Shown here: positions 19,230-28,470 of the stretch, in pieces
How the letters are laid out: each line of letters starts with the position of its first letter
How positions within the stretch are numbered: position 1 is the first letter of the stretch
Origin: an uncultured virus (IMG/VR IMGVR_UViG_3300047496_000236)
Lineage: Duplodnaviria > Heunggongvirae > Uroviricota > Caudoviricetes
DNA: 64,000 nucleotides
IMG/VR virus record: IMGVR_UViG_3300047496_000236
Strand: one strand, 5' to 3'
Made by a program: the position numbers and the translations under genes
The notes under the pieces: generated by a model
What the model was told of the DNA's origin: nothing
Database searches by the model: none
Seen by the model: only the letters and a program-made list of their open reading frames with translations

Positions 19230-19640
19230 CTACTTCTTGGACGGACCTGGGCTGGGGCCCCGCGGCAGCATCTGGATCGGGGGCTGTCCGCCGCCCGCGG
19301 GGAGCTGGGGCCCCTTCGGGGGCGGCGGGGGCTGCGGTTTCCCCGCGAGGGTGCCCTCGTCGACGAGCTGCTGTCGGAGCTGGTAGAGCCTGTAGAGGAC
19401 CCCGGCAGCCGGGATGAGCTCCACAGCATCATTCACATCCACGATGTAGGTATCGATGACGCCCTGATGGAAGGCGTCCAGGATCTTGGTCTCCTCGCCC
19501 CCCATCAGGATCCGGGCGGTCTGGGCTGGGACAGCCCCGACAGCCCAGCGGAGCCCCGCGGGGGTCCCCACGTTGTACTTGAAGACGAGGAAGTGGGGCC
19601 CCGCGAGGGCGGCCTCGGAGAGCTGGATGGGATCGTTCAT
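19230..19640 (-). CDS. hypothetical protein with Pro-rich tail
   Basis: AAGGA RBS, coupled. Confidence 0.6.
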   Translation of the reverse strand: MNDPIQLSEAALAGPHFLVFKYNVGTPAGLRWAVGAVPAQTARILMGGEETKILDAFHQGVIDTYIVDVNDAVELIPAAGVLYRLYQLRQQLVDEGTLAGKPQPPPPPKGPQLPAGGGQPPIQMLPRGPSPGPSKK

Positions 19641-20131
19641 TTGATTTCCTTGGGGAGGATGTGGTTCCGGATGTGAGTCGTGAAGGCACCCCAGGCCAAG
19701 TCGAACTGGGCGACGGAGCCCTTGGGGACGTATGCGAGGTAACGCCAGGGCTCTTCGATGTGCGAGATCTCAGTGAAGTCATGTTCGGTCTCGGCCCAGC
19801 GGAGGTCATCGATGGCCTCGGAGGCATGCTCGCGTGTGATATCGCTATCCCGGTAGCGCTCCCTGACGGCCCTGGTGAGATCCTTGCGGGTGGTAGTCGC
19901 GTCGAACTCACTAGTCGCTGCACGATCGAAGAGCTTGCCGTGGAGGTAATCCATACCGGTCTGGAGCAGGAAGTACCAGAAGTTCTCACAGCCGTGGTTA
20001 CTCCAGCGGTACTCTCCTGAGATCTCCGGCCAATCCGAGGTCACGCTGAGGTAGCCCCGGGCGATGTCTACAGTGAAGGTGACGTGGTTCACTCTGAAAG
20101 AGCGAACCGACGTGAACTCAACGACTTCCAT
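19637..20131 (-). CDS. hypothetical phage protein
   Basis: Coupled ORF. Confidence 0.65.
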   Translation of the reverse strand: MEVVEFTSVRSFRVNHVTFTVDIARGYLSVTSDWPEISGEYRWSNHGCENFWYFLLQTGMDYLHGKLFDRAATSEFDATTTRKDLTRAVRERYRDSDITREHASEAIDDLRWAETEHDFTEISHIEEPWRYLAYVPKGSVAQFDLAWGAFTTHIRNHILPKEIK

Positions 20132-20682
20132 CAGTCCTGGTCGAGGAAGCGCTTGAGGAGTTCGGGGACGTCCTCTGGGGTCAGCGCGAAGTCGCGGTTC
20201 CAGGGCTGCGGTACCATGAAGGCGCGGCCACCGTTGGAACGGTACTTGTTGATGATGTCCTCGGAGTCATCGATGAGGACCTTGTAGCCCGCGCGGTCCG
20301 CGAGGAGATGCTTCTGGCCCGTGAAGATGATGTTCCTGGGATGCACCTGCGGGATGTACTTCTTGCACCACTGCAGCTTGCCGTCGACGACCCCGACAGC
20401 AGTGGAGACCCCTGGGGACGTCACGATGAAGAGCTCATTGAAACGCTCTCCGATGACCTCGAGGAGATCAGGCAGCCAAGGTGTGGGCTCCAGGTTGGCC
20501 CAGAAGGGAGCCCCGGCGGCTTCGATGTTCTTCCAGATCTGGCTGTGAAGATCGTAGGAGATCCGGAAGTCTTTGCCGAGGGCGCGGTGCTGGGGGGTCG
20601 TGACAACGGCGTCCCCCATGAGGCGCATGGCGGCCCCGTGGAAATCGGCCGATACCCCGTCGAGATCCAAAAGCGCGATCAC
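20131..20682 (-). CDS. HAD-family 5'(3')-deoxyribonucleotidase
   Basis: DLDGVSADF, IVTSP, K..W, LIDD, PWN motifs. Confidence 0.85.
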   Translation of the reverse strand: MIALLDLDGVSADFHGAAMRLMGDAVVTTPQHRALGKDFRISYDLHSQIWKNIEAAGAPFWANLEPTPWLPDLLEVIGERFNELFIVTSPGVSTAVGVVDGKLQWCKKYIPQVHPRNIIFTGQKHLLADRAGYKVLIDDSEDIINKYRSNGGRAFMVPQPWNRDFALTPEDVPELLKRFLDQD

Positions 20683-20999
20683 AGGTGACCGCCGATGGCC
20701 AAAGTGGGATCGCCTTCTTCGGCCAGGCGCACGCACATCGCGATGGCCTGTACGATTTCTTTTCGGAGCTCCTCAGGGGTCCCCTTGCCGTAGTGGAGAT
20801 CCAGGGCCGCCTTGGTGACTTCCCCGGCCTCTTCGGCCAAGGCGAGCACGAGGTGATCCGACTTCGGGAACTTGTGGCGAGCCCGCGCGAGTTCCGCCTC
20901 GACCTCGGCGTAGATCGGGTGACTCATGCCGGCGCGTTGGAGATGATCCCTGATTTCGCAGACTGCGCGTTCTTCAGGGGAAGGCGACATCATGTTCAT
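20679..20999 (-). CDS. MazG-like NTP pyrophosphohydrolase
   Basis: LAEEAGEV...LRKEIVQ. Confidence 0.75.
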   Translation of the reverse strand: MNMMSPSPEERAVCEIRDHLQRAGMSHPIYAEVEAELARARHKFPKSDHLVLALAEEAGEVTKAALDLHYGKGTPEELRKEIVQAIAMCVRLAEEGDPTLAIGGHL

Positions 21000-21001
21000 G
21001 T

Positions 21002-21313
21002 CTATTCCTTTGAGATCTTGGTTGATGGGATATGGAAGAACGGGGTCTCGGGATCCTTGGGATCCGGGATCAGAACCAGGTTGTCGAGGTCGACGAGGAC
21101 AGTGGCGGCGGCATCGCCGTGCTTCACGAGGGCCTCGTGCTTCCCGGTGAGCTGGTGTTGCTTGAGGTAGTCCCGGATGCCTTGGACGACCTCTTCGAGG
21201 CGCCGGAAGTATTCGGGGGTCCCGAAGTTCTCCTTAGCTCTCGCGGCGTCCACGTTGAGCTTGCCGGTCTTCCAGAGCTCACCGATCAGCATCATAGTCA
21301 TGGTGTGGTTCAC
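21002..21313 (-). CDS. hypothetical protein
   Basis: AGGAG RBS and GTG start. Confidence 0.55.
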   Translation of the reverse strand: MNHTMTMMLIGELWKTGKLNVDAARAKENFGTPEYFRRLEEVVQGIRDYLKQHQLTGKHEALVKHGDAAATVLVDLDNLVLIPDPKDPETPFFHIPSTKISKE

Positions 21314-21337
21314 TGGGGACTCCTGTGGGATAAGAGA

Positions 21338-21367
21338 ACCGCCAGGATCCCTAGGGATCCTGGCGGT
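21338..21367 (-). terminator. perfect 30-bp hairpin, probable terminator
   Basis: accgccaggatccctagggatcctggcggt downstream of the holin-like gene. Confidence 0.6.
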
Positions 21368-21397
21368 ACATCGCAAGCCGAGGCTTTTGAGACGCGC

Positions 21398-21787
21398 TCA
21401 GGGTGCAGCGGTCGGCGGGGCCACAACCACCGTGGAGACCGGGATCCCCGCCCTGATCTTGGCGAGCTCGATCTGCTTGTCGGCCTCGATCTCAGCCACC
21501 TTGATGGCCCCGTTGTTGTCGGAGATCTTGCCGTTGGCGTAGGACTCCCCGAGGAGGTACACCGCCACGACGAGGCAGATCGCTGGGAAGTTGTAGCCGT
21601 CGAGGGCGACGTGGAGGGCGTAGATCCCCACGGCGAAGCCGACGATGAGGAGGAACCGCTTCGACCCGAAGAGGGGGTTCGAGAGGAGGTTCCTGGCGTC
21701 GGTGGTGGCGGAGTCCAGGGGAGCCCCGGCGATGCCGTGGAAGGCGTTGCCGAGGGCACGGAACAGGTTGGTGAGGAAAGGGGGCAT
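21398..21787 (-). CDS. holin-like two-TM membrane protein
   Basis: GSKRF followed by two TM helices; AAGGAG RBS. Confidence 0.5.
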   Translation of the reverse strand: MPPFLTNLFRALGNAFHGIAGAPLDSATTDARNLLSNPLFGSKRFLLIVGFAVGIYALHVALDGYNFPAICLVVAVYLLGESYANGKISDNNGAIKVAEIEADKQIELAKIRAGIPVSTVVVAPPTAAP

Positions 21788-21800
21788 TTGAGCTCCTTGG

Positions 21801-22397
21801 TTAGGGTTGATCGCTGAACGAGAGGCCATAAGCCCAAGCAGGGCTCCCAGCACGAGAAGTACCCGCCAGGGGATACGTGTACCAGGCGCCGAGACCGAGG
21901 TGGGACCACTGTCCGGCGAACTTCTTAGGGACGTAGAAGGAGGCCCCGACACCGAAGGTGCTCCGGCTGAGCACGAGGTCAGGGGCAACGGAGCCGTAGA
22001 GGATCCGTGCGGGGCTGAATCGGACCCCGACTTGGAAGGGGTCGGTGTTGCCGCCTTTGGGACGTCTATAGGCCGCGTAGGTGCCGAAGTCGTAGTTCCA
22101 GCGCCCGAAGTCGACGTCCTCGGTGAAGGACATCTTGAGGTCTGGGATATCATCGATACTGCCGGGCTTCGGTTGGTATGGCAACCCGTTGGCAATAGTG
22201 ATGTGGCCAACGCGGCCATCAAGAGAACCCTTGAGCGTAAGCGTGCCGTCACCTTCATCGGGAGACCTCCACCAATGGAATCGAGGGGCTGTAGCGGGGA
22301 CCTCATTCTTGTCCGCGACGGTGCTCGCGGGCGCATGGAACATCCAAGCCGTCATTACAACGACAGCAATGACCACAAAAGAGCAGAATTCTTTCAC
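21801..22397 (-). CDS. secreted/outer-membrane beta-strand protein
   Basis: Signal/TM N-terminus; alternating strands FQVGVRF, FGVGASFY, LGLGAWY, WAYGLSF. Confidence 0.5.
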   Translation of the reverse strand: MKEFCSFVVIAVVVMTAWMFHAPASTVADKNEVPATAPRFHWWRSPDEGDGTLTLKGSLDGRVGHITIANGLPYQPKPGSIDDIPDLKMSFTEDVDFGRWNYDFGTYAAYRRPKGGNTDPFQVGVRFSPARILYGSVAPDLVLSRSTFGVGASFYVPKKFAGQWSHLGLGAWYTYPLAGTSRAGSPAWAYGLSFSDQP

Positions 22398-22981
22398 TTT
22401 GCCCTCATGTCATGGATTGAGACCCCAGAGGCCTGAAGCCAGTTCCAGCCATTGGCGCAACCCAAGGCGTCGAAGATGGCGACGTGGATCGGGCTCCCGT
22501 TGGGGCCCATGACGTGCTTGTTGGGGACCTGGTACTGGCACGCCCACTCCAGGGTCTCCAACTTGTGGTTGTTGCACTTCACGAGGCCGCGGTTCTCCGC
22601 GTAGATCAGGCCTTCCTTGGTGCAGCCCCATTCGGCAGCGGTATCCACCCAGCCATCCTTGTGGGCGAAGCGCCTGTCGAAGGGTGCGTTGTGGGCCACA
22701 TAGCGTCGGACCTGGAAGGTGGCACACCACGCCCGGAACTTGGCAACGCAGACCTCCAGGGGCTCCGCGATGAGGTTCGCATCGGGGGTCCAGCCATTGA
22801 CGAGCTGGGCCTGGGGGCTCATGGCACGGATCTGATCCGGGGTCAGGAAGACTCTGAGCTCGCCCTGGGAGATAAAGGCCCTCGTGGCGACATCCACTGC
22901 GACCGCCGCGAGCTGCGTCGGCACATGGGTGGCCTGGAAGCCCGTGGTCTCGAAGTCGAGAACGATGTCAACTTCAGTCAT
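22394..22981 (-). CDS. DEDDh 3'-5' exonuclease (DnaQ-like)
   Basis: LDFETTG, AHNAPFD, H.A..D. Confidence 0.85.
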   Translation of the reverse strand: MTEVDIVLDFETTGFQATHVPTQLAAVAVDVATRAFISQGELRVFLTPDQIRAMSPQAQLVNGWTPDANLIAEPLEVCVAKFRAWCATFQVRRYVAHNAPFDRRFAHKDGWVDTAAEWGCTKEGLIYAENRGLVKCNNHKLETLEWACQYQVPNKHVMGPNGSPIHVAIFDALGCANGWNWLQASGVSIHDMRAK

Positions 22982-23504
22982 TGTGGGCCTCCTCGTCCCA
23001 GCGGGGATAATCGCGGGGATCCCGCTTCTTGCGGACTCCCTTGGCTTCCTTGGGCCGGTGGCCGTCAGCCGCCTTGGTCCCGGAGCACTCGAAGCCAAGG
23101 GGTCTCCGGCAGCGATACTTCGGGTGTGGAACCTCCTCGGCGCCCCCAGCCAAGAACGAGTACAGGAGGGCCCTACTCAACCAAAGACCCCCGTGTTTCA
23201 GGGGGTCCACACCTATCAGGAAATCATCCACGACGCGAAGAACGAGTTCTCTGTCTTCGCAGACCAGGCGCGGTGGCGTATTGTCTGCCACCTTGCAGCA
23301 CCACACCTGATCCCGGGGCTCCCGCTTCGCCTGGGGCGCCCACATCGGGCCGAAGTAGCGCTGGGGAAGCAGGACTTCCACGCAGGCCTGAGAGCGCTGC
23401 ATCGCTATGAAAGATCGGAGGGCGGCATCATGGAAAGCTCTGACATCCCCGAAGTCGAGGCTGCTCAGGGAATTCTGGGCTGAATCCGCATACCAGTTTG
23501 ACAT
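22974..23504 (-). CDS. hypothetical protein
   Basis: ORF downstream of a TTGACA element. Confidence 0.55.
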   Translation of the reverse strand: MSNWYADSAQNSLSSLDFGDVRAFHDAALRSFIAMQRSQACVEVLLPQRYFGPMWAPQAKREPRDQVWCCKVADNTPPRLVCEDRELVLRVVDDFLIGVDPLKHGGLWLSRALLYSFLAGGAEEVPHPKYRCRRPLGFECSGTKAADGHRPKEAKGVRKKRDPRDYPRWDEEAHND

Positions 23505-23558
23505 AGGGGCCCGGTGGGAACATAAGAAGCAATTGGTGTCCCATTGTCAAGAGCGGAT

Positions 23559-23578
23559 ATTTCTCCGCGCGGAGAAAT
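23559..23578. repeat. 18-bp palindrome family copy 3
   Basis: atttctccgcgcggagaaat, intergenic, 8 bp from a minus-strand TTGACA (23545-23550). Confidence 0.9.
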
Positions 23579-23747
23579 CAGTCCTCGAGGGTGATGGGCT
23601 CCCTGGGGGTCATCGTGGCTCGGGGGTACTCCTCACGAGCGAGCTCTATACTGTCGAAGAAATCGATGCGTTCGAAGCCTTCGGGACCCTCTTCGAGAAC
23701 GAAGCAGCCTCCGCTGACTTCCTGGAGTCGTTGAGCAGGTGGTGGGT

Positions 23748-24065
23748 TCATGTGGCCCTCCGATGCGCTAGGGCTGCGCGGGGGTTTGTTGCGGTGGGAA
23801 AGACAGGGCTAGCGAAGGTCGCGATGGGACCTCCTGCGGTGATGTCTCCGGGAATCCCGGAGACTTCGACTTCGAAACAGAGGCGACCCTGGGGATCCAA
23901 GGTGCAGACCTCCTTGGCCCTGCCACTGTACCTCTTGTCGAAGTAGGCCGCGGCGTGGAAGCCCATTACCAGAGCTATGGGGAGCCCCGGGGCCCAATAG
24001 AACGGGGCGCTCAGGAGCTCCTTGATGGGGTACTGGGGTTCCAAGATGCCGCTGGGGGCACTCAT
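23748..24065 (-). CDS. hypothetical protein
   Basis: Coupled ORF. Confidence 0.45.
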   Translation of the reverse strand: MSAPSGILEPQYPIKELLSAPFYWAPGLPIALVMGFHAAAYFDKRYSGRAKEVCTLDPQGRLCFEVEVSGIPGDITAGGPIATFASPVFPTATNPRAALAHRRAT

Positions 24066-24151
24066 GGCCCCCGAGACGAAGATGGCCCGGCACTGCCAGT
24101 GCGTTCCGGAAGCCTCGGGCTCCCATAGGACCCCCGCGATATCGTGGTGCT

Positions 24152-25105
24152 TCAGGGGACCTCCGTGAACTCGAGGACCTCTATACCGGCATCAGCGAAG
24201 TCGGCCCGTTGGAGCCAGGCCAACTTGGCTGCGATCCCCGAAGGGCATACGGAGGCCTCCGCGATCTCAAGGGCGACCCGCTTCTTCTTGACGGCCTCGA
24301 GGTCTACGGGCTCCCTGTTCTCCAGAGCAACGATCATGTACTGGAGGTTGTTGATGGTGTGGTACCTCGAGTGCGCGAAGAGGTCCGGCACCTTGTTGAG
24401 GAGATCCCAGAGGCCCTGCCTCACCGGAGTCGGGGTCTTTCCGATCTCCACTGGGGCCGAGCGCAGCACCAAGCGGAAGACCTGGAAGGAGTCATGATCC
24501 GCAAGGTCGACGATGTCGATCCAGCGCTGGGCCATCAGGTGAGCCCCGGAGGCCGCGCTCTCCCAGGGCAAAGCGATGATCTCGATACCATAGACCATGA
24601 TGGTCTCGGCACCCACGGAGGCCAAGGCGTTCCTGGGGCTATCCGTTGGGGGTAGCGGGCGATCCCGGAGCTTCTCGAGGGCCCCTAGGGCCCTCTGGAG
24701 CTCCTCACGGAGGCCAAAGTAGGCCACGACGGCACGGCTCGCACTATCGACGTCACCTCTGGCGTAGTGGAGGTCCACGGGATCCACGGGGGTCGTTCGC
24801 GTCTGGAGTTCATTGAGGTGCCCTTGGGCCTTTGCGAGAGCGGCCTGTCGCACCCCCAGAAGCGTTGGGCTCGTGACGGCATCCTCGTAGAACTTGACCT
24901 TCTCCTCGGCTAGGAGGAGCGCCCTGGACCGCATGCGCTTCACAATGGCTGAGGCATCCCGCAGGAGGCGCTCCAGGCGCTCCCTGATGGTGCTCCCGTC
25001 CTCGATGAAGTGCTTGTGCTTCCGACAGAACAGGCGCCCTTCGGCGCCGTGCTGGGGATCCGGGATCGTGATGAGTTCGATGGTCTGGACTGTATCCGGG
25101 ATCAT
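24152..25105 (-). CDS. hypothetical protein
   Basis: 317 aa helical ORF with GGAGG RBS. Confidence 0.65.
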   Translation of the reverse strand: MIPDTVQTIELITIPDPQHGAEGRLFCRKHKHFIEDGSTIRERLERLLRDASAIVKRMRSRALLLAEEKVKFYEDAVTSPTLLGVRQAALAKAQGHLNELQTRTTPVDPVDLHYARGDVDSASRAVVAYFGLREELQRALGALEKLRDRPLPPTDSPRNALASVGAETIMVYGIEIIALPWESAASGAHLMAQRWIDIVDLADHDSFQVFRLVLRSAPVEIGKTPTPVRQGLWDLLNKVPDLFAHSRYHTINNLQYMIVALENREPVDLEAVKKKRVALEIAEASVCPSGIAAKLAWLQRADFADAGIEVLEFTEVP

Positions 25106-25593
25106 TTGGAGCCCTCCGCTAGTTTGATGATGGTGATCTCAGCCCCGTCGTGGTCCGACAGGACTCTGTAGACGAGAGCCATGACGACCTGGGTGTCGTC
25201 GTCATAGATGATCTTGTTGCCGGCGTCCGCTATGGTTCCAGCCGCGTTGTCCCAGTCCGGCTTGCCGCCGATCATGGATCCCATGGGGAGATCCGTGTCG
25301 ATGGTGAGGGCCTCCTTCTTGTTCTTGGGCTTCCGCCGCTTCCGGAGCAGCTTGACCTCCATGGCGTACTTTGCCGTAGCCGAGAAGATCCTGGGCTGCT
25401 TCAACATGGCGGCCCGGAGACCCCACTGGAGGTCGGCTACATGCCGGGTGTAGTCCCCCGGCATGTAGACGATTCCGGTGTCCTTGTTGAACCTGGGGCG
25501 AGCCTTGCCTTTGAGGCGGACCTCGAGCTCGAGCTCGAGGCGGACCTCAATGGCTTCCGGGGGCAGGATCTTGGATAGCAGGATCTCGAACAT
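25102..25593 (-). CDS. rusA: RusA-family Holliday junction resolvase
   Basis: KGKARPR, KPDWDN...DA.N.IIYDDDTQVV. Confidence 0.85.
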   Translation of the reverse strand: MFEILLSKILPPEAIEVRLELELEVRLKGKARPRFNKDTGIVYMPGDYTRHVADLQWGLRAAMLKQPRIFSATAKYAMEVKLLRKRRKPKNKKEALTIDTDLPMGSMIGGKPDWDNAAGTIADAGNKIIYDDDTQVVMALVYRVLSDHDGAEITIIKLAEGSK

Positions 25594-25921
25594 AGAGGCC
25601 CCAGGTGTTGTCAGGATTCCGCAGCGACGGGTACGCAATCTCAATGCGGTGTCTTGAGGTACCCGTGATGGTCAGGAAATCAATGTAGTACACATCCTGC
25701 AGGATCTCATCGAAGAAGGGGTCCTGGCCGCATTCGCGAACCCAGCTCGCGTACTTCTCGAGATCCTCGGGACTGTACATGCCGTATACCGGGATCGCCT
25801 TCACCGTGAAGGGGGTGAAGTCCTTCAGGTGGGCCCCCTGGGGCCCCTTGGTGACAGCGTAGGCCATACGGCCGCTGAAGGTGAAGGGGTAGCCCTCCTT
25901 CAAGAGTTCCAGAACCCCCAT
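25547..25921 (-). CDS. hypothetical protein
   Basis: Coupled ORF. Confidence 0.55.
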   Translation of the reverse strand: MGVLELLKEGYPFTFSGRMAYAVTKGPQGAHLKDFTPFTVKAIPVYGMYSPEDLEKYASWVRECGQDPFFDEILQDVYYIDFLTITGTSRHRIEIAYPSLRNPDNTWGLYVRDPAIQDPAPGSH

Positions 25922-26316
25922 CAGAACCGCACCGAAGCGTTGGTGATCGTGAGGGGCACCGGCTTCCCTTCGAAGACCGTCACCAAGCGATCGAAGGCGA
26001 GGGCCGCTGGGCTCATGTCGTAGCGCATCGCGATCTCGTGCATCTTGGCGTCGATCTCGTTGGCCCCGACCTCGTAGAGCGCGGGCTCCACTGTCGTGAC
26101 GACCATCGTGTAGCGCTTCGGCGGGGGCTCCACGATGATCTCGGGTTCACCTGGTGGCGGCTTGCCCCAGTTCTCCGCGGCGAGCACCGCGGCCCGCCAC
26201 CCCTTCTTGATGTTCTCCGGGGTATCCGCCCAGGCCTTCATGCCTTTGAGCTCAGCGGCTTTGATGAAGGCGTTGTAGGCGTCTTCCGCTACGGCGTCTT
26301 CTACTGTGGGCGGCAT
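25921..26316 (-). CDS. hypothetical protein
   Basis: Start at MPPTV; W..TPENIKKGWRA motif. Confidence 0.55.
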   Translation of the reverse strand: MPPTVEDAVAEDAYNAFIKAAELKGMKAWADTPENIKKGWRAAVLAAENWGKPPPGEPEIIVEPPPKRYTMVVTTVEPALYEVGANEIDAKMHEIAMRYDMSPAALAFDRLVTVFEGKPVPLTITNASVRF

Positions 26317-26945
26317 AGCTCGGCCTTGGCGATGGTTTCGAACTCGGGGTCCTCGCGGGACATCCGGAGGACATCGGGGGTCGTCGGGAACATCGTGCTC
26401 TTCTGGGTGATCTCGAAGCCAGCGTTGTGCTGGAACGGGATGAAGACCACGATGTCGGCGTTCTCCGGGGGGACCCGGCTGTCCAGCATGACGGGATCCG
26501 GGATCTTCACGGGGTTCGTCCCGATCTTCCAGACGACGGAGCGCTTCCGATCCACGATGAGCTGGGAATTGATGAAGTCGAAGAAATCGACCTGATCCTT
26601 TCCTGCCGGCATGCTGTGGAGGACCCGGCACGCCGTGCTCTCCTTCCACTTGGGGAACCAGGGCAGATCCACCAGGGCGTGATCGAAGAGGTGCTGCCGG
26701 ATCCCGTTGGAGTCCCCGTCGGAGGCCCTGAAGCGCTCCGAGATGGACCCCGTGAGATTGCAGAACCCGTAAGCCAGACCCAGGTAGAAGAAGACGCGCT
26801 CCGGATAGAAGGACAGCGGGCGCTCCAGGACCATCGTGGGATCATCCCTGACGGTGGCCCGGATGGTCCCCGCTGGGACTCGGGACCCCGGGCGGCCCGC
26901 GATGTCCTTCAGGAGTTCTGGGACCGTGACCTCACGCGGATTCAT
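26301..26945 (-). CDS. hypothetical protein
   Basis: 214 aa coupled ORF. Confidence 0.6.
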   Translation of the reverse strand: MNPREVTVPELLKDIAGRPGSRVPAGTIRATVRDDPTMVLERPLSFYPERVFFYLGLAYGFCNLTGSISERFRASDGDSNGIRQHLFDHALVDLPWFPKWKESTACRVLHSMPAGKDQVDFFDFINSQLIVDRKRSVVWKIGTNPVKIPDPVMLDSRVPPENADIVVFIPFQHNAGFEITQKSTMFPTTPDVLRMSREDPEFETIAKAELCRPQ

Positions 26946-27507
26946 AGCGACGCACCAGCTTGAAGACGGCGGGCCCCAGAGCCCGCAGCAGTTCGAGGGT
27001 ATCCCCGATGGAGTCGACCCCGGCGTAACCCAGGGCTTTGCCAGCCAGGGGCCACTCGCCTTCGCTGGGGGCCGAGACGACGTGCCAGGGATTGAAGGCG
27101 GGGGCCTCGAGGAACCCGCTGCTGATGTTTGGGGTCGTCCGGAGCAAGGTGTTCAGGATAGCCCGCTTGTGCCGGGTCGGGTGGATCCCGCAGAGCACGG
27201 CGCCGTTCCAGCTCCCCTTGCCGCCGTAGACCTCCTTCACGAAGTCCTCGGGGGTGGAAGTGAGTGCCTTGGTGGCGGTCTGGGACATGGCGTCGTAGCG
27301 AACCCAGCGCACCTTGGCGACCCCCATGAAGAGCGGGTTCTCCTTGGCGTCCTCGAAGATCTTGGCTTGCTTCTCCGCGAACTTCGCGGCGTACTCCGGG
27401 TTCGTGGGCTTCATGTTGCCCATGGCGGGCTGCGGCAGGAGTTCCGTTGCGGCTTTGTCGCGCACATAGGATTCCGCGATATCGATGATGATCACGTTGT
27501 TTGACAT
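26932..27507 (-). CDS. degenerate PolB-type 3'-5' exonuclease-like protein
   Basis: IIIDIA, GNMK..YAAK..., NPL.G pattern; catalytic acidic residues apparently missing. Confidence 0.4.
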   Translation of the reverse strand: MSNNVIIIDIAESYVRDKAATELLPQPAMGNMKPTNPEYAAKFAEKQAKIFEDAKENPLFMGVAKVRWVRYDAMSQTATKALTSTPEDFVKEVYGGKGSWNGAVLCGIHPTRHKRAILNTLLRTTPNISSGFLEAPAFNPWHVVSAPSEGEWPLAGKALGYAGVDSIGDTLELLRALGPAVFKLVRRYESA

Positions 27508-28205
27508 TCGAGCTCCTTTTCGGTGGGCTTGAGTTTTTTGACGAGGGCTTTGTTGTGGGCCGTCATTGAAGACGTGAACCAGAACTTGTCGAACTGAAGA
27601 TCGGAACGCACCGAGGGCTCCACCCAGGCCGCGAAGCGGAACCCGGAGAGATCATGGGGACCCTCGTACCTCCGCTTCCATGAGAACCCCAGACTCTTCG
27701 AGAAGATGTAGAGGTACCCCGTGGGAGTCCTGCGTGTTGCGGGATGCCCCGCGTAGGGTCCGTCCAGGACCCGCAGGAGAAGAGCCGACATCGGAGTGGC
27801 TCCGCGGGACTCCGCGGGGTCACAGCTCTCGATCTGCAGGGGAACCCACTGGGCTTCCGGGACCCCGGTGAAAGGGCGGACCGGGATCCCTCTCAGGATC
27901 GCGGTCTTGTTGGCCGCGAGCTGGTAGCAGATCTCCTTGCAGAGCTCCCTAGTGATCCTCACGGAGCCCCTGGGGATCAGGGTCTCGATGAGGGCCAAAG
28001 CGCTCTCGGGGGGTCCCCCGAGAGCTTCGACGAGCATGGCCACGATCTGAGACCTATTGCTGGGGCCCAGGACGCAGTTCCTCCACGGCAGCATGGCTTC
28101 GTTGTGAAGCCGGATGGCCTCAGTGGCTACGAGATCCAGCCGCCATTTTGGTATGGGCGGCAGCAGCTTTTTCCAGGCGGGCGTAGTGCTCTCCGAGGGT
28201 TCCAT
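27492..28205 (-). CDS. hypothetical protein
   Basis: AGGAGG RBS before MEPSE. Confidence 0.65.
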   Translation of the reverse strand: MEPSESTTPAWKKLLPPIPKWRLDLVATEAIRLHNEAMLPWRNCVLGPSNRSQIVAMLVEALGGPPESALALIETLIPRGSVRITRELCKEICYQLAANKTAILRGIPVRPFTGVPEAQWVPLQIESCDPAESRGATPMSALLLRVLDGPYAGHPATRRTPTGYLYIFSKSLGFSWKRRYEGPHDLSGFRFAAWVEPSVRSDLQFDKFWFTSSMTAHNKALVKKLKPTEKELECQTT

Positions 28206-28470
28206 GGGGGTCCTCCTGTGGAATGAGGTACACGAAGACATTCTGGCCCCCGAGATCCTTCCAGGCCTTGCGGATTGCGGAGGTCGTGAGCCACTCCGAT
28301 CTTCCTACCATCACGAAGGCGTGACGGAGGAAGACCTTGGAGTACGTGCGGAAGCGCTTGAGACCCTCTGCACTCAAGGCGCCCCGAGGGATCACAACGA
28401 CACGCGCGGGTCTGACGAGCGAGGTGATCCGCTCGCGATGCGTATCGTTGAATTCTCCCCGAACGATCAT
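28120..28470 (-). CDS. hypothetical protein
   Basis: Coupled ORF. Confidence 0.5.
   Translation of the reverse strand: MIVRGEFNDTHRERITSLVRPARVVVIPRGALSAEGLKRFRTYSKVFLRHAFVMVGRSEWLTTSAIRKAWKDLGGQNVFVYLIPQEDPHGTLGEHYARLEKAAAAHTKMAAGSRSH

Noticed and set aside
26301..26945. Thymidylate synthase-like protein
   Set aside because: No catalytic PC, RS.D or H.Y motifs are visible
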